64,000 bases of DNA from Camelus dromedarius (taxonomy: Eukaryota). Positions 38,246 through 52,211 of the stretch are shown here, piece after piece. The translations under genes were made by a program, and so were the position numbers. Under the pieces are notes generated by a model. That model was not told where the DNA came from. It did no database searches and saw nothing but the letters and a program-made list of their open reading frames with translations. The first letter of the stretch is position 1; the number at the start of each line of letters is the position of its first letter. The stretch is taken from positions 54,562,001 through 54,626,000 of the forward strand of contig NC_087436.1 of assembly GCF_036321535.1 (NCBI RefSeq), written 5' to 3'.

Positions 38246-41034
38246 ATTGAAACAGACAAACATAAAACCTCTCAGGTCTCTGTATGAGGCATAGTTACAA
38301 GAACTACAGAGCAAAAGACAAAAACTACTTCTAGTAAGCTAGATAAGAAATAAAGCAAGACAAAATAAAACATATGATGTGCAAGTTAGTAGTAAGTAGA
38401 AAAAGCAGAGAAAGAGGCTATGAAATACTGGGTTTGGAAAGCAATGTTGAAATCTTAAATGGAGTTTCCAGGGATAGCCTTACTGAATGTGAGGAGGCAT
38501 AAAACATACAAGTCATGTAGGTGGGTAGATGTGGTTGTGAGAGTTGACAGAATAGGAGAAAGTAAGACTTCCTTCTACAAATACTGTAGCTAATTCTCTA
38601 TAGTTAAATTATAATTCAGTTGCCTATTACCTGATTGTGAGGGGTATTTCATGGTGTTATATAATGACTATGTAGATTCATTATTTACATCAGTTTTTAA
38701 CAAATTGTATCATTGGCATCTCCCCATCACTGTCTCTCCCCCTCACCCTCTCTGTCCCCCTTCTCCTCCAATACACTTAGTAAATGAAGCATAATGTTGC
38801 TTTCACCATCATCTTCTAATTATTTGAAAGAGGAAAATATCAAAAGACCATGCTATTTAAGAAGACAGACAGAAAGACAATAGGAAAAAAAAAACCACTT
38901 CTCTTTAGTACTTGTAAAGGTGTTGGATGGAGTTCATGCAAATAGCCTTGATGGTTAGGAGGACCCAACCAGCCCAATAATAAAGATTTTACAAATTTCT
39001 AGGAGGGAAAATAAATCTGAGGCTAACATGAAAGCTGATATCGTTTAAAAGAGGCATTCTTTGAGGCTCATGGTACAAGACTGAGTAAAGGAGAGAGGAT
39101 TTCTGATTCCAGGAAAAGAGGATTTGTAACTAGAATATTAGCTAAAAGGCAGTTGAATACTTGAAGCCCTAAAGAAGGGAGCATGTGTTGAGTTTAAGTT
39201 TTGTCTCAACGTTTATTTTGAGAAAAATTCAAACTTTGATAAACCAGTTAGTATATCGCATCATTTGCACTCTTGTTCCTGGTCTTTTTATCTTTCTGTC
39301 TCACACACTTACTCTCACATGTATACACACATATTTCACATTATTATTATTATTGTGGAATACATTATTATGGAAGTATATATGGTGTAACCATTTGAAT
39401 CTAGCAAATATTGTAGTCTTTCACCTTTAAATACTTCAGTACATATCTTCTAACAAAGATACTCTCTTACGTAACAAAACATGATCAAATCCTGGAAATT
39501 TTACATTATTACAGTCCTTATTCTAATTTTTTCTAATTGATCTAATAATATTCTGTATCCAGGATCATCTGTTGCCTTTAATCATCATGTTTCCTTTAAT
39601 CTATAACTGCTCCTCAGTCTTCTTGTCTTTCAAGACATTGACCTTTTTGAAGCCATTTAGTAAACTTAGTTTCAGTATTTGTTTATTCTCTCTTCTAAAT
39701 GCTTACTTCTAATCAGTAGTAGAAAAGTTATCAGCCATTATCCTTTCAGCCTTCTCTGACAGTGAATGATGTTATGCATTTTTTTTTTTTAATATCCCAC
39801 AGTGGCTTGAAAAGACATTCATCACCCCCGGAAAAATATAATGGTTGCCATCCTACCAAACATATGAATAAAAATACCCTAATGATTCGTTGTAACTAAA
39901 ACGTCTTAGGCAATGTGTTTTCCTTCATATAATGAATATGTACCATATTATTTACAAATTCAATGAAAACTATAAACATGGAAAATTACAATAGTCATTT
40001 TAGCTTTTATTTCGTTATGAGTTTGAGAAAGAAAACATATAGCTTTTAAGTTGTATTGATTTTACTTCAATTGCAATTCAAATTTGAAACACATTTATCA
40101 TAATTTCAATGAAATGGCATGTACAAATTGTTCTTTAGTTCAGATTAATTTTAAATCAGTTTTGCAGACCATAGAGTACATAATATAAAAAGTCCAAATG
40201 GACATTAGGTGACTCTTTGTGGCAGACAAATAGTTTCAGATATTTTTATATTCTGAAAGCTACAATCTGAACATAGTTTCAATGCAGATCAAATACACTT
40301 AAGAGCCATTTCATATTCATTCTAACTTCAGGTGGAAAATGCTTGGAATACAAAATAAATGTTTTTATTTCCATATAACCAAGATGGCAGTCTTTTTACT
40401 TCTCCCATTTGCATATGATTTAAGAAAAATCAAGTTGTTAATTCGAAGATTTTTTGCATAGTTAAGACTTCATTTTTTTTCTGATGATAAAATGAGTACT
40501 AAAGTTTAGTTCTTTAGATATTGTCACTTCTTCATCACATAGCTTAGTCTTTTTCAAAACTAAGCTGTCTCTTCATATACTTGTTTACTGTTCTTCTGCA
40601 ATTTATTTGCAGTATTAATGGCTTTTAACCATTTATTTTATGTTGCATATCATCCGCGGCATCAAAGGTTGTATTTTCAGTGATAATAACAAATAGATAC
40701 ATTCTTGAATAATTAATCATGAATATATTTCAACTTATATTAAAGAATATGATATGAAATTATACTATAGTCCAGTAGGATGAATTAATCTTGTTTGACA
40801 AGTAAGAGTTAGGGTGGAAAATGTAGGACTTGGTAACATTTGAGTTCGATTAAAGTTGTTTCCACACAAAAATCTGTCAGTAGCATACCAGTATATTTCT
40901 GTTTTAATCATTAAGGCTATTTAAATGATTTAATTTATAACAGGGCAAGTTTATCCTCATTATTTTAAAAAATTTACCCATCTATTCTGTCTTGTCTATT
41001 CTTTCAGATAAATGTCAGAATCACTCCACATCTT

Positions 41035-42575
41035 TAATAGAATGTTTTTAGAGCAGTTTTATGTTCATAGCAGGAGTGAAAAATACAAAGTTCCCATATA
41101 CTCACTGCCCCACCCAGCCTCCTTCACTATTAACACCCCCACCGCAGTGGTACATTTATTACAACTGGTGAAACAACACCGACACATCATTATCACTTGA
41201 AGTTCATAGTTTACATTAGCGTTCCCTCTTGGTGTTGTATAGTCTCCGGGTTTGGACACATGTATAATAACATGTATCCAGCATTATAATAACATATAGA
41301 ATAGTTTTACTACTCTAAAAATCCTTTGTGTTCCAACTATCCATCCTCACCTCCCCCCAACTAACCCTGTGAAACCTCTCACTTTTTTATTGTATCTGTA
41401 GTTCTATCTTTTCAGAATGTCATACTTGGAACTGTATAATATGAAGTCTCTTAAGCTAGGCAACTTTCACTTAGTATTACACATTTAAGGTTCCTCAAAA
41501 GCTTTTCATGGCTTGATAGCTCATTTCTTTCTAGCACTGAATAATATCTCATTGCCTGGGTGTACCACAGTGTTATTTGTCCATTCACCTACTGAAGGTT
41601 ATCTTTGTTGCTTCCAAGGTTTGGCAATTATGAATAAAACTGCTATAAACATCTGTGGGGAGGTTTTTTAGTAGACAAACATTTTCAACTCATTTGGGTA
41701 GATACAGCTTACGCGGACTGTATAGTAAAAATAAGTTTAGTTTTGTAAGAAACCACCAAACTCTTCCAAAGTAAACATATTTTACATTCTGACCAGCAGT
41801 GAATTTGAGTTCTTGTTCCACATACTCATCAGTATTTGGTGTTGTCAGTGTTTGAGATTTAGACCATTCTGATAGATGTGTAGTGGTATCTCATTGTTTT
41901 AGTCTTTAATTCCCTAGTGACATATGGCACTGAGCATCTTTTCATATGCTTATTTGCTATATGTATATCTTCTTTGCTGAGATATGTTTAGACCTTTTGC
42001 CCATTTTAAAATCAGGTTATTCAATTTTAAGAGTTACTTGTATGTTTTGGATAATAGTTCTTTATTCAGATACATCTTTTGCAAATATTTTCTGCCTATC
42101 TGTGGTTTGTCTTCTCATTTTCTTGATTGTGTATTTTGCAAACAGAAGTTTTTCATTTTAATTAAGCCTAATTTATCAGTTATCTCTTTCATGTGTTATG
42201 CCTTTGGTGTTGTTAACTAAACAGTCATTGCCAAACACAAGGTCATTTAGGTTTTCTACTATGTTATCCTCTAGGAGTTTTACAGTTTTGCATTTTACAT
42301 TTAGGTCTATGATCCAGTTTTAGATAATTTTTGTGAAGGGAGTAAGGTCTGTATTTAGATTCATTTTGTGTGTATTTGTGCTGTTTGTAGAAAAGACAGT
42401 TTTTGCTCTGTTGTATTGTCTTTGCTCCTTTGTCAAAGATCAATTGACTGTATTTGTGTGGATCTTTTCCTGGGCTTTATTCTGTTCCATGTATCTCTTT
42501 GTTCTTTCACCAATACCACATTATCTTGATTACTATGTCAGTTGTAATATATGGTAAGTCTTGAAGTTGGACATT
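41035..42575 (-). mobile_element. L1MB/MC-like 3' fragment (3' UTR and ORF2 end)
   Basis: tttttagagcagttttatgttcatagca; ccattcacctactgaagg; ttttacatttaggtctatgatcca. Confidence 0.8.
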
Positions 42576-43899
42576 TTTTGATAGTGAATGATAGCCACAT
42601 TTTAGAATCACACATGTAATTTTATAAAATGACCACTCTATGTTTTGCTGTATTGGGAATAATTGATAAAACGTTATCAGATGTTCTTCCTAGAAAATTT
42701 AAAAGACTTTATAGCATTCTTATTATATAAAACAATATAACAAGTATCATCTCAGATACCAGTTTGTGAAGACTCAGGATGATTTCCTAAAAATAAAATT
42801 CTAGACCTGCTATATACACTTGTGTTTTCTTCTATTTATTCTAATGTTCCATTTAAAAAAAAATTAAATTTACATGAGCCCGTAATGTGAAGATATAATA
42901 TATAGTCATTTACAAACCTCATTTTTCCAATACCGAAGACCTTTGAATACACCCTTTTCCTGTTGACTTGAAATGCCAGTTTTACCATATGCTAAATGCC
43001 TATGTTTACTTTAAGTTTAACACTTATTTGGGGGCCTGAACCACATTAAGTATGATAGATTTATATTATTTTATAGTATCTGGTACCATCTCCCACCCCT
43101 CCCCAAATCTCTGTCAGACAGACCTTCAATTTCAGACCCTGTCAGATCCAGAAGCCTTCAGGGAAAGGCTATAAGAGAGAATTGCCACTAGAATAGTTTC
43201 ATTTCTTTCCTCTGCTCTAGAGAAAGCCTGATGCCTCCACTCCACTTCTACTTCCCTGGTGCCCAGATTCAGACACGCTATTATCTCAGCTTTGTCTGGC
43301 TCCTGTTGTCAAAAACAAAGTTGACCATGCTCACATCTAAGTTTGCTCTGTGTGCCGCACCAGGATTGAAACTAGGAGCCTCTCAAAACTGTATTGACGC
43401 CAGTATTCCACCTTCAGTGATACTATACTACTTCATCATTTTTAGGTTGAGAATAACAAAATTTCAACTTCCTTAAGTGAATATTTTTCCTTGGAAGCTG
43501 GTTGAGGATGGGAGATAGGAAGCCTGACTCAGCCCTTCAGATCATTCCCATCACTATTGTATCTAACAGTAATTCTTTGAAAATTTCAGGAGAGAAATGT
43601 CCTATCCCTGTTTTTCAACATTAACACGGGATTTCCCCTAATCATTCATGTATCTCCTTGGCCATTTCCATGGGAATTTGAGTAGGGGAAACACTTGATG
43701 CCAGCTTTAGAGGAAAACAAACAAAATGGAAAGTCTCATTTACATTTTAATTCATAAACTTACATACCTCTGGATTTATCTTATAATCCTTTCCAACTGC
43801 GACAACAGAATCACTTACTCTTTCCTATCTAACACCAATATCTCCAAGTATCTTAGTTACGAATAGAGGATAAAATCCATAGCCTATCACTTATGCTGT

Positions 43900-45130
43900 T
43901 ACTCTCATTAACAGGGGGATTCCCCTTGTCTTTAGTTTCAAACCTCTTCCATTAAAAAAAAACCCTAAAACTGGAAACATTAGCTTATAGGCTCTTTTTC
44001 TCTGGTTATTTTTCTTTCTTTTTTTCTTTTTTTGATGTTAACTTCTTGAAAAATTTTCTCATTACTGCTCTGCTTCCTTTTCCTCTTAGTTTCCTCTAAT
44101 CTGGTTTACACCACTTTATTTCACCTCAACTAAATTAATCAGTATACTTTTCTTTCAATATGAAGAACATTTTCAGTCCATTTAATATTAGATTTCTCAG
44201 CAGTGTTGAAGTCTTGGAAAACTCTTTTCTTGGCTTGGCTGACAAACTACTCTCTGATATTCCACCTACATCTCTACCTGCTCTGTTTTTACATCTTTTA
44301 TATCTTTCCCCATGAATGTGGCTCCATAAACTTTACCCTGGGCCCTTCTCTTGTGCTATAATCTCTCTGTGGTCTGTTTGCAGAAAACCTACAAGTTTTT
44401 TTCTTTAACCCATTCTTCTCTGACCCTCAGAATACAGACTTTTCCCTGCTTCCAGAAGGTAACCATAACCTGAAAAATCTCTTGCTGAGTAATTCTTATT
44501 TAAGAAAATAAACAAATCATTCTCACTGAAATTAGTGATACACAATTATTTCAGTAATTATATAAATTTACATATGATATTCAATGTTTACATAATAAAA
44601 ACATTGATGCAAAATATAGTAATGAATGATCTTTCCAAAATCATCTCTCACCCTCTTTTTAATAAACTTCACTGGTCTCTCATTGCTTTCATCATAAAGA
44701 CTCCTTATATTGGCTTACTTACCTCTACAGCATCATTTCTCATGATTCCTGTTCTATTCCAGTTCCACTGGTGTTCTTTCAGTTACTAGAAAATGCTACA
44801 GAGTCTTTGCTTATGTTGATCACTGAGCCAGGAGTACCGCCCACCATCTCCCCCATCACCATTGCCTAGATAAGTTCTGTCCTTCCTTCAGACTTTAGTC
44901 CGATCACCGATTCCTTACTGAACCATCTGATTGCCTTTACTCGGTCAAATCTTACTTGTCTTTGTGTGCCTCTTTAAGAGTTCTTATCACTGATTTTAAA
45001 ATTATTTTATTGATAGAGGATTTTAGAAGGCCTGGAATTTTGTCTTATTTTTTGACAATTTTATTATTAGACCCTAGTACAGTGACTGGCATATTATAGG
45101 GACTTGATATCCACTCATAGAATAATTGAA
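43900..45130 (+). mobile_element. Decayed L2 fragments
   Basis: C/T-rich L2 motifs ending accctagtacagtgactggcatattatagggacttgata...gaataattgaa. Confidence 0.6.
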
Positions 45131-45734
45131 AGGAAGGGGGAATAAATAGAATTGCCCCAGTCTTCCTTTCTTAAATCATAGAACAGTTTAGATTAGTATT
45201 ACAGCTTTGGGGGTAATTCTGTGAACACTGGTTCATTATTCTTTTGTATTATTTTATAAGCACTTGTATTTATATTTATATTTCTCTTTAATTCAGTAGT
45301 TACTTAAAATGCTCTTTTTAGATTTTTGAATGTTTGAGAGTTTATCCCTGAAGCCTATTTAGTTCTAATTTTATTTTTTTTCTGAAACATTTATTTGTTC
45401 ATATTTTAAATAAATATTAGAGCTTTTCCTTTACTCTGTTATTCAGATTACTATTTTCCTTTAGGCTGCATTATATTTATAGGAATTGTATAAATATATG
45501 TTTTCCTCATGCATTTAAAAGAGGACATCTATGAAAAATCTGCATTTTCTGATAGCAGGATGTATGAATTGCCCTGACTGCTCTCTGTCATCTGATTGTG
45601 GAAATAACTTCATTTTAATTTTATCCTGCTGGAGTCATGTATCCCAACAAACTTCCAGTGTTTTTGCAGACCACCATACTGAGGGCTAATTCCAACTGCC
45701 CTGCTTCATGCTTCTCTATCAGAATGAAAATTTA

Positions 45735-46165
45735 ATTAATTAATTGAAGTATAATTGATTTACAATATTATATTAGTTTCAGATGTACAACCTAGCGATT
45801 CAATATTTTTATAGATTATACTCCATTTAAAGGTATAAAATATTGGCTATATTCCCTGTGCTGTATAATATATCCCTGTAGCTTATTTATTTTTCACATA
45901 CTAGTTTGTACCTCTTAATCCCCTGCCCCTATCTTGTCCCTCATCCCTTCTCTCTCCCCTTTGGTAACCACTAGTTTGTTCTCTCTATCTGGGAGTCTGT
46001 TTCTTTTTGTTATATTCACCAGTTTGTTTCATTTCTTAGATTACATATGTACATGATATACAGCATGTGTTTATCTGACTTATTTCGCTAAACATAATAC
46101 CCTCCAAGTCCATCCAAGTTGTTACAAATGGCAAAATTTCATTCCTTTTATGACAGAATAGTATT

Positions 46166-46208
<43 letters not shown>

Positions 46209-46560
46209 CACATTTTGTTTATTCTTTATCTGTTGATGAACACTTAGGTTGCTTCCATATCTTGGCTATTATAAGTAATATTGCTATGAACACTGGCATA
46301 CATGCAGCTTTGCAATTTAGTGTTTTCCTCTTCTTTCAGTACATACCCAGGAATGAAATTGCTGGATCATATGGTAGTTCTAATTTTAGTTTTTGGAGGA
46401 ACCTTCCTACTGTTTTCCAAAGTGGCTGCACCAATTTACATTCCCACCAACAGTGTACAAGGATTCCCTTTTCTCCACATTCCTGGCCAACATTTGTTAT
46501 TTGTAGACTTTCTGATGATAGCCATTCTGACAGTGTGAGGTGATACCTCACTGTGTTGTT
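45735..46560 (-). mobile_element. Young L1, 3' half of a split element
   Basis: taattgaagtataattgatttacaat 3' terminus. ORF2 end [16 protein letters not shown]...LELPYDPAI (46336-46587). Confidence 0.9.
46169..46206. repeat. (GT)n microsatellite, about 19 units, within the L1 3' UTR
   Basis: Read directly from the sequence. Confidence 0.95.
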
Positions 46561-47211
46561 TTTTTTTTTAATTAAAGTATACTTCAATTTTTAAAAAAAG
46601 ACATGGATAAATTAAATACAACAGTCAACTCACCTAATTTAGTTGTTAAGATATAAAGCTCACATCCCCTAGACAATGTACATTATTTCGTGTATACACA
46701 GAACACTGACAAAATCATCATGTACTAACTTGATCATAAAAAAGGGAATCATTTTTGAAAATCACATTCTTGAATCACAATCCATAAAATTAGGCATAAA
46801 GAATAAAAGGGTGACCAAAAACTCTTAGATACTTGAAACATCCAGATAACCTTGAGATGAAAGAGGAAATCAAAACTGAAATAACATACTATTTGGAAAG
46901 CACTGAAAAAGAGAAGACAAAACCTTTGAGACTCAGTAAAAGCCACGGAGGAAATTTACCACCAGGAGCACCAACACTGAAATGCTTTAGCCCCAGGACC
47001 CCTCCTCTGCAATTTTTTCACATGGTCACAATTTTATAATGATTGAAAAGTAAGGTGCATCTACGTCCTTTCTCTTACAGAGCCTTTCCCAACACCTATC
47101 CCCAATTATATGAGTCCCACAAAACCTGGATCTGTTCATTTTAGTTTAAAATGCCTTCATGACTATGAGGTTCCTATAACCAGATCTATCAGGATGAAGT
47201 CGCTAAACTAT

Positions 47212-47390
47212 CAGTGTTTACCTGCTGGCATTTGGGAGGGACAAGTCTGTACTGAATTGTACCATCCCTGAACATTGCAGGCTATTTAGCATCCCTGCCC
47301 CCTGGGGACTAAATGCCAGTTGTCTCCTCTGCTCATTTTGACAGGAAAACTAAATCTCTCACATACCTGGAGGTACTACTAAGCATTGTT
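47212..47390 (-). mobile_element. MER20-like hAT-Charlie remnant inside the 2.3-kb block
   Basis: cattgcaggctatttagcatccctgccccctggggactaaatgccagt...tgacaggaaaa. Confidence 0.6.
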
Positions 47391-48640
47391 CAAGACCTAT
47401 GTGCTGGATTTCAATCAAATAGGAAAATCAGGCTGGATTTTCAACCATCTCAGAGCTTCTCCAACAAAATCTATCGCCATTTTATTCAAACCCCAAGAGA
47501 AACACTCCCTTTGGAAGCAAGGCTCTTGCAGTGTCTGGATGGAATAAACCGAGTTTGGAAATTTACTTCTAAGAGCCATACAACCAGGACTCTTGCAGCC
47601 AGATGGAGCAGATCAGTTTGCAGCCCGGCTACTTCCCAGGCATGCGTGTGACTGGTTACTTCCTAAGATCAGCTTTCTCCTTTGTAAAAAGTGCTAGAGT
47701 TTCACCTCTCACCTGAGCAGATAAGTAAAATGCCTGCAGGGGTCTGGAGGACGGTTATTCTCCAATATTACTTCTTTCTCCTAGCCATCTTGGTCTCTCT
47801 GGGGAGTTTTCTGGAGCTGGGCCTGACCACTGTCGGAGCACCCTGTTGAAAAATTGGCCATCTTTCGAAGTTACCTCCTTCAGGGGGTGTGGAACACATT
47901 TCTCCCTGGGAGAACTGAGACATGGCCCAAGGTCCTACACCTCTGGACAGAACTGAGATGAATTTATAGCCTGTCAGAGTCTCATGCTGGTGGGGGATGG
48001 ACAAGCTTGGGAAAGAATGCCAGACACTACCCCTAAATGTGAAGTCATAAAAAAGTGAAGGGAAAAGAAATGCCCAGACAGGGTGAGTCAGAATATATAT
48101 AATGCATTTAGATAGTAGGCCTACACAGAGCAGATTCTACGAGAATCAGGCCAATTTGGTATATGCACGGAGAGGTAGTCCCATCAGCATTGTGTTTAAT
48201 AGTGCGATTTCGGGAGGCAAAATGCCAATCAAGGAATAATTAACCAGCATTTGATACATAAACCATAATAACCAGAGGGTTGGATTCCTTGATAATCTAA
48301 AACCACCTGCAGCTTTGAGATTCTACCATCATATATTTATCCCCTCACAAATATGTAGCAGGTTCCTGGGATACACCAGGAACTTTGCTGGCTACTTTGA
48401 TACAACAGTAACATAAAGTATAAAGAAATAAGCATCTGATGAATAAACAAACACCTCCAGCAATTCCACTCCCAGGTACACACCCAACAGAAATGCAGAC
48501 ATGTGTAGAACAGAGAGATGTGAACAAAAATGGTCATAGCCATATTACTAGTCAGAGCCCCAAACAGAAATTACCCCCATACCCAACCCAATAGAAAAAA
48601 TAAACAAAATGTAATCTATTCCTACAACGTGGGAGGTTTT

Positions 48641-48751
48641 TTGGGGGGGGGGGGGGTTATGTTTGTTTGTTTCTTAATGGAGGTACTGGGATTGAATCCA
48701 TGACCTCATGTATGCTAAGCATGTACTCTACCATTGAACTATACCCTCCCC
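48641..48751 (-). mobile_element. tRNA-derived SINE, camelid vic-1-like, short form
   Basis: ggaggtactgggattgaatccatgacctcatgtatgctaagcatgtactctaccattgaactataccctcccc. TSD aa(c/t)gtgggaggtttt at 48626-48640 and 48757-48771. Confidence 0.88.
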
Positions 48752-48868
48752 TCTTTAATGTGGGAGGTTTTGATGAGGGAAGTGAAGTAACCCACCGGGT
48801 GGAGATGTTGGGACAGACACCAGCAGATATTTCCCAGAGACAATCCATCATGTGTCTCCACTGCAAAA

Positions 48869-49812
48869 ACCTCACTGTGGTTTTGGTTTGCATTTCACTA
48901 ATCATTAGCCATGTTGAGCACCTTTTCATCCATCTGTTGGCTATCTGTATGTCTTCATTGGGGAAACGTCTGTTCAGGTCTTCTGCCCATTTATTGATTG
49001 GGTTGTTTGGTTTTTTTGATACTGAGTTGTATGAGCTTTTCGTATACTTTGGATATTAATCCCTTGTCAGTCTCATCATTTGCAAATATTTTCTTCCATT
49101 CCTTAGGTTTTTTCATTTTGTTGATGGTTTCTTTTGTTGTACAAAAGCCTTTAAGTTTCATTTGGTCTCATTTGTCATTTTTGCTTTTGTTTCCTTTGCC
49201 TTAGGTAACAAATCAAAAAAATATATATATTGCTGTGATTTAAGTCAAAGAATGTTCTGCCTATGTTTTCTTCTAGGAGTTTCATGGTTTGCAGTTTTAC
49301 ATTTAGATCTTCAATCCATTTTGACTTTATTTTTGTATATGGTGTTAGAGAGTGTTCTAATTTCATTCTTTTACAAGTAACCATTCAGTTTTTCCAGCAC
49401 CAATTATTAAAGAGACTGTCTTTTCCCCATCTGTGTATTCTTACTGTCTTTGTTGTAGATTAATCAATCATAAATGAATGGGGTTTATTTCTGGACTCTA
49501 TTTTGTTCTATTGATCTACATGTATGTTTTTGTGGCAGTACCATACTGTTTTGATTATTGTGGCTTTATAGTATAGTCTGAGTCAGGGAGTGTGATACTT
49601 TCAACTTTGTTCTTTTTTCTCAAGATTGCTTTGGCTATTCATGGCTCCATATACATTTTAGTATTATTTGTTCTAGTTCTGTGAAAAGTATCATGGGTAT
49701 TTTGATAGGGGTTGCATTAAATCTATAGATTGCTTCAGGTAGTATGGACATTTTAACAATATTAATTCTTCAAACCCATTTACACAGGCTATCTTTCCAT
49801 CTCTTTGTATGA
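48869..49812 (-). mobile_element. Young L1, 5' half of the split element (ORF2 C-terminal region, 5'-truncated)
   Basis: Collinear continuation of 45735-46560; [25 protein letters not shown]. Outer direct repeat gaaaattta at 45726-45734 and 49813-49821. Confidence 0.9.
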
Positions 49813-49869
49813 GAAAATTTATTTTTCACTAACTGGAGACAAATATTTACTTTTGGGGACACTATACAA

Positions 49870-49870
<1 letters not shown>

Positions 49871-49905
<35 letters not shown>
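49871..49905. repeat. (TAA)n microsatellite at a MIR tail
   Basis: Read directly from the sequence. Confidence 0.95.
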
Positions 49906-49908
<3 letters not shown>

Positions 49909-50145
49909 GATATTTACCTAATGATGTTGATATACCAGGCATGATATGCTTTAAACAAATTAACTCATTTATTTCCCAAAACAATACTACAAAATAGGTA
50001 GTATTGTGTCATTCCCATTTTCCAAATGTGAAAACCAAAGCACAGAGAGGTTAAGTAAGTTGCTTATGGACACACAGAAAGCAGATAACAAGGGTGGGGT
50101 TCCAATCCATGGAAAGCCTATGCTTTTAACCACGAAGCTATATTG
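49906..50145 (-). mobile_element. MIR SINE
   Basis: cccattttccaaatgtgaaaaccaaagcacagagaggttaagtaagttgc. Confidence 0.8.
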
Positions 50146-51256
50146 CCTCTCAAGAGCAAAGACTACTTTACATACTTTAATTCAATTAATATGCCCAGAA
50201 AGTCTGTATAAGGTGGATAGCCTTGACTCTATTTGAAAAATGAGGAAACTCATATTCAAAAAGGGGAGACAGCCTTCCAAAGGCTGCAGAAATTTTAAGT
50301 GTCCAAGTCCAAATTTTCACTGAGATCTATTAATTATCCTTCATAAAACTGACTCTAAACCTGTAACTGTCATCCTATCACATGTCTACAATGAAACACT
50401 ATAAATCTATGAATGCAGTGTTCTCAAAAATATGTACTTATAAACTACTCATCTCAATTTCCAACTTCTCTGTATATCCTATAATACAATGTTTAGGAGA
50501 GGGGCATGAGAAAAAGGGATAAGTGTTGATTAGGGCTATGTTAGGACTGGTATCAGTCACATAGAAGGCACTCAAACCATATCGGGTGAAGAATATTCCA
50601 TTAATTTTTTTCATCAATTATCTTCTTTTGGCAAGAGATTTAGTGGACATTTCTCACAGCAGTTGTAAATTAGACACTGGGTTGTTGTTTGTTTTACTTT
50701 TTAGAGTTGTTTCAAAACTTGTCTTTCTCAATTTTATTGGTATGTGAATGGTGAATGTAAATGGATTTTTGTTACTTTATGTTCACAGTACTAAAGATAA
50801 GATAGTTTTGGGCAGATAAGCATTTAATAAATATTTGTTGAAAGGATAAATGTTGAGAGAAGGCACATCTAGGAAATCAATATGTACCTTCATTGGAAGC
50901 AAACTTATTTTGAGAATAAAATTATTTGATATTAACATATGTAAAAACTATATATTTCTTTTTTTTTTAATGGTTAAGATTTCACCAAAGATTTTTGTCT
51001 GTCTCAAATATGTATACTTTTTTGACAGAACTATTAAACATATTTTAGTAACCTCATGATTAGTATTTTTTTTTTTACACTTTTAAGTACATCTATAGAT
51101 ATTAACCCTAGGAGTCTAAATGTGTAAGTTATTAATGAATAGTGTTGATAAGTTGCAAGTTATTTACATTAATGAGTTCATTGATTTATGTAAAATAATA
51201 CATTTTCAAAGTTCATGAATAAGTAAAATATGCTATTCTTGTTTGCATATCCACAG

Positions 51257-51405
51257 CTCAGTCCATTTTTAAGACATTCTGTTCTGAAAAGAACATTTAA
51301 TGTCACTCTACCAAATCCTTTCCCAATTAAGAGAGAAAGTGCTTCTATTACGAAACAAAAAACCAAACAAATACGCCCAGGCAGCAAAGTAGAATCTTCT
51401 AAATG
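51257..51405 (+). CDS. Candidate coding exon (149 nt, phase 0-2) of a second unidentified gene B (possibly a pseudogene)
   Basis: Acceptor tattcttgtttgcatatccacag| and consensus donor ATG|gtaagt. Only one frame is open: LSPFLRHSVLKRTFNVTLPNPFPIKRESASITKQKTKQIRPGSKVESSK. Not recognisably a repeat. Confidence 0.45.
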
Positions 51406-52211
51406 GTAAGTGTGCTCACTTGTTCTCACTGAATCATATGGCTGCTACATTTTTACAGTCCATAATTTAACTGTCACACAGACTCTCTGGACCAAATAAT
51501 ATTTTTCTGTCTTTGAAGCAATATATTTGCATTTCTCTTCTAAAGATTGGTTATGTTTATGGCCCCAAGTAGTAACTAAGAGATTACAGTAGAGGACAGT
51601 CTGCATGCCTCTAGAAATAAGTGCTAATCTGGTCAAGAATAGCTATTACATTTTCATTTTTATAAAGTCTGCTTTTCATTTACCTTTGATACCAAGATAG
51701 AAGAGTTACCTTAATGAGGTGAAGGTGACAGACTTTCTTTTAATTAACTTATCTTTTTTAATACTAAATAATCTAAAAATTAATGCCATGCTTTAGTCAG
51801 TTATTGTAGATTGCATCTCATTGACATTTAGGTTTTTTTGAGTTTACACTAAGAATAGATAAATAGTTAATAGATACTGATTTATGGGTTAAGCACTGAG
51901 TATATAATAATGACTATGACAGTGGTCTTGACTTTGATTTTTAGAAGGGACTGGATGTGAACTATCTGATGTTATTGTAGTCCATACAGAAACTCCTTTT
52001 CATTTTAGTATACATACCACTAAGTGGCATTATATTTCAGGAACTTACTGAGATTATATTATTAGGGAACTCCAGATTCTAAACAGAAAATGACTTATTA
52101 AAGCAATACAATATAAAGTTTTGTATCTAAAATATCATTAGACTACTTACTGGTGCAGTAGATCAAATTCATAGAGATGCCCTTCAAGTTTATTCCTGCT
52201 ACAGTCTAGAC

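Larger units (their letters stand above)
46561..48868 (-). mobile_element. 2.3-kb retrotransposed/transduced genomic block inserted into the young L1
   Basis: Flanked by a 16-bp TSD (46545-46560, 48869-48884) with a T-run at the left end. Contains old L1M, MER20-like and MIR-like pieces. Confidence 0.75.

Noticed and set aside
39844..39915. RFX half-site/MYB-like motifs as a promoter for gene B
   Set aside because: Short degenerate matches expected by chance; no CpG island or first exon evident.
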